A stretch of DNA of 63,284 nucleotides, filler included, from Octopus bimaculoides (taxonomy: Eukaryota): NCBI RefSeq assembly GCF_001194135.2. It is 4 parts of 3 records of this genome, joined end to end, with 100 filler letters (N's around TTAATTAATTAA, not from the genome) between each part and the next. Parts side by side here need not be neighbours in the genome. Positions count along the whole stretch, not along the records: positions 60,376 to 63,284 come from NC_068984.1; 3 more parts are not named here. One strand, given 5' to 3'. The notes beneath the pieces were generated by a model. That model searched no databases. It had not been told where the DNA came from and worked only from the letters and a program-made list of their open reading frames with translations. Both the position numbers and the translations under genes were made by a program. Shown piece by piece: positions 60,376 to 63,284 of this stretch. The first letter of the stretch is position 1. Each line of letters opens with the position of its first letter.

Positions 60376-61129
60376 GCCCTAGGACCTGTGCTGATCAAGG
60401 AGAGGACAGTGCTTTGTTTAGAAGCAACACTCTTTTTTGTGTCAGTAGACCAAGGAGCAACACGCTCTTCTGCGTCACTCATGACCAAGAGCTGCACTTT
60501 CCCTTCGTCCTTAGCTCGACGTACGAAGAGAATCTTTCTTCTTTTCTAGTCAGCACCATACATTCTTTACTCTTTCACTCTCTTCTGACAGCAACCTCTA
60601 CACTATCAACTACTAACCAGCGAGCCAACCGTGTTGCCACTATCACTTGAATTGCTGCGGTGTCTTTAACTACCTGTCGGGCAAACGAATATATACATAT
60701 ATATATTTCTTCTTCCTTGGTGTTGATTCTTCAATGTTCACTGGGTACTCCGACGCGAAAACCTTTAAGCCTTACATCTATACGCTACATTCAATATTGG
60801 GCTACATCATATCGACGTGATATGGAATCTCACATTCAGCTCGCTACAAATACTTCAAGTTATCTTGTTATTCCGAATACTTGCGTCTGACAAACGGTTA
60901 CGTTGAGTAACAGTTGGTAAAGATTTTTGCAACCTCAATATAAAATTTTACTCTTCTTTTGGTATTAAAGTATAATTTTCTCAACCTTGTTTTTGCACTT
61001 ACCTGCTCACATGTGTAGTGTGTGTGTATAAATATATGCATAAATACATACACATACACACACATACATACGTACATACATGCATATATACTGCATACAT
61101 AACCTTAAATACATGCCCAAAGAAATCGC

Positions 61130-62176
61130 ACGGCTCTACTGCATTGTATTACCAGATAAAAGGATGAGCGTATATGAGCAGAAGACCATGCATGGATACG
61201 TTAGTAGAAAGCTCCTAGATGATAGTAACATTGATCATCATCAAAAGAATTTGTTAATGGATCAACAACCGGATTACTACTTCCCACTCTGAAGGGCATG
61301 CATTTGCAATCCAGGAACAGGAAATATCAACGAAATACCTGATGCATAAAAGGGACAGTGATGCAGGGAAAGCAGTAAAATGTGACAATCGATGCAGACA
61401 TTGTGGAGTTAACACCGAAGATATCACCCACAGCAGTTGTCCGGAAATGTCATCATAATATTATCTACCGATGAGACATAATGTTGTAGCTAGGACACAG
61501 TATAACGCATTCGTCGAAAAGATAACCCTGAGGACAAAGAAACAAGAACCTACAGTATAGTGGAAGACATAGCTACTCATACTAAAAAGGAGTACAGTTG
61601 GAATGTCCCAGTGAAAATCTCAATAATATGTGAACACAATAGACTTGATATAATGTTTTGGGATAGAGAAGTGAAACTGTGTACAGTTTTGGAAATCAAC
61701 TGCCCAGCGGATGTTAACATAAAGCTGAATATCAGTGAAAAAGAAAATTCCTACGCTGAACTATTGAGAGATCTGCAGTTACTCTATCCAGATAACAAGT
61801 TCATGTTTATACCTGAACTGGGATATGTAACATTTCCCAAATAACAATCTTGAGAGATTAGGCTTCCCAAAACCAGAAAGGAGAAAGCTGATTCGAAGAT
61901 TACAGATCCAAACCATCAGGAATTGAAAAATCTGTAAAACTTTCCAGAAGTTTATCATTTATGTATATATGAGCATGTCTAGATATGCAAGTATATGCAT
62001 GCGAAGACATACATGAAACAAAACATACAAATCTGTACGTATACATACATACATATATACAAACAAAAATACCCTGTTGTTGACGTTGAAATTCCAATGA
62101 AGGAGCCTTGGATCTAGTTTAGAAACCGATTCTTTCTCTACTGGCAAGGAATCTTGAAATAAAACTGAGTAATAAT
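61130..62176 (+). pseudogene. R4/Dong-clade LINE 3' end (CCHC + restriction-like endonuclease), 5'-truncated
   Basis: EGHAFAIQEQEISTKYL, DNRCRHCGVNTEDITH.SSCPEMS, RHNVVAR, HNRLDIMFWDREVKLCTVLEINCP (PD..D/E motif decayed), ELGYV; followed by a 3' UTR. Confidence 0.85.
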
Positions 62177-62641
62177 ACACCTTCCTACATACATATCTAC
62201 CTACCCACCTACCTACCTACCCACCTACCTACCTACCTACTTACCTACATACATACATACATACATACATACATGCATACCTACATACCTACATATTTGT
62301 GTATACATGTATATACATATATGTAAACGGGCAGATAGAGGCGATTAAAAAGCCTGCATTAGAGATATTGAGAGAGGAGAGAAATGGTCAAGTGTGGATG
62401 TAGGGGTTAAAGCAATTATGTACAACTTGTCGGGTGCAATGAAAAGAGAAACAAAGTAGAAGCAGTCTCACAGAAAAACTGGTCAAAAGATACAGGCGAA
62501 ATACGATTTGAAATGTATTAGAGAACGTTCAAAGAATTCAAACAATTCAAACTGGGTACAATAATTTAAAGTGTAAACATTAATACCAAACTTAGAGGAT
62601 CTTCGGCTAAAACTATATATACACATATCTATCTGTCATTT

Positions 62642-62687
<46 letters not shown>

Positions 62688-62761
62688 NNNNNNNNNNNNN
62701 NNNNNNNNNNNNNNNNNNNNNNNNNNNNNNNNNNNNNNNNNNNNNNNNNNNNNNNNNNNNN

Positions 62762-62819
<58 letters not shown>

Positions 62820-62837
62820 ATATATATTAGCTATAGA

Positions 62838-63036
62838 GGTAATATTTATTCCCACTTATACGTGGAAGTTCTGTTAGAATAAATTTTACTGCCGTGAGGA
62901 TTTATCTCCCCGTTAGCGATATAAACAAGCGTCTACTTTGCACCAAACGCCTAAACGAGAGTTTCTGTCGTGGTATCTATCGCAGTAAAGTTTTTTCTAA
63001 CAGAACATCCCCGTTTAATTGGGAATAAATATTACC
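62838..63036. mobile_element. MITE with ~55-bp TIRs beginning GGTAATATT
   Basis: ggtaatatttattcccacttatacgtggaagttctgttagaataaattttactgc is inverted to gcagtaaagttttttctaacagaacatccccgtttaattgggaataaatattacc. No TSD visible. Confidence 0.75.
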
Positions 63037-63038
63037 TA

Positions 63039-63075
<37 letters not shown>

Positions 63076-63083
<8 letters not shown>

Positions 63084-63174
63084 ACGTTGACCACTAACGT
63101 GGACATTCAATGTGGACATAACGTGAACATTCTAGCACATTGAATGTCCACGTTAGTGGTCAACGTTATATATA
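63076..63174. repeat. Perfect 39-bp inverted repeat with a 21-nt loop
   Basis: 63076-63114 is the exact reverse complement of 63136-63174. Confidence 0.95.
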
Positions 63175-63284
63175 AAAATATACTTTAATCCCCTGAGGTT
63201 GCAGATATTGTTTCTGAATCTCTTTGATTCTTTAAATGTGCTAGCTTCCTGGTAATTAATCGATATTAATTAATATATGATTTT

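Noticed and set aside
623-62855. Long ORFs in the six-frame track (X-rich or IY/HT/CV/poly-I/poly-F)
   Set aside because: They run through N-gaps or di-/trinucleotide repeats and carry no coding evidence.

Overview
AT-rich, gap-riddled eukaryotic DNA with no recognisable intact host gene, rRNA, tRNA gene or CRISPR array. Almost all ORFs in the supplied track are artefacts of microsatellites or N-gaps. The SINE families and microsatellite load resemble an octopod (Octopus-like) genome; this is inference from recalled family sequences, not a database result. The window contains four or five tRNA-headed SINE families (labelled A-E here), decayed LINEs (CR1-like, RTE, R4/Dong, Penelope), a maT/DD37D-type and other Tc1/mariner relics, and several MITEs. 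Three N44-TTAATTAATTAA-N44 linkers mark artificial scaffold joins. Main highlights: (1) a 1.6-kb ORF1-only, Tx1-like retroelement (zinc knuckle, no RT) inserted inside SINE B. It shares its 3' tail with a SINE B variant, and copies carrying that tail repeatedly sit inside SINE B, suggesting a SINE-targeting retroposon system. (2) A structurally complete type I hammerhead ribozyme with a palindromic stem III inside a 177-nt foldback, plus a second hammerhead family that can be reconstructed from two decayed copies. (3) A two-headed foldback mariner whose tip carries a palindromic MITE with an exact 9-bp TSD.
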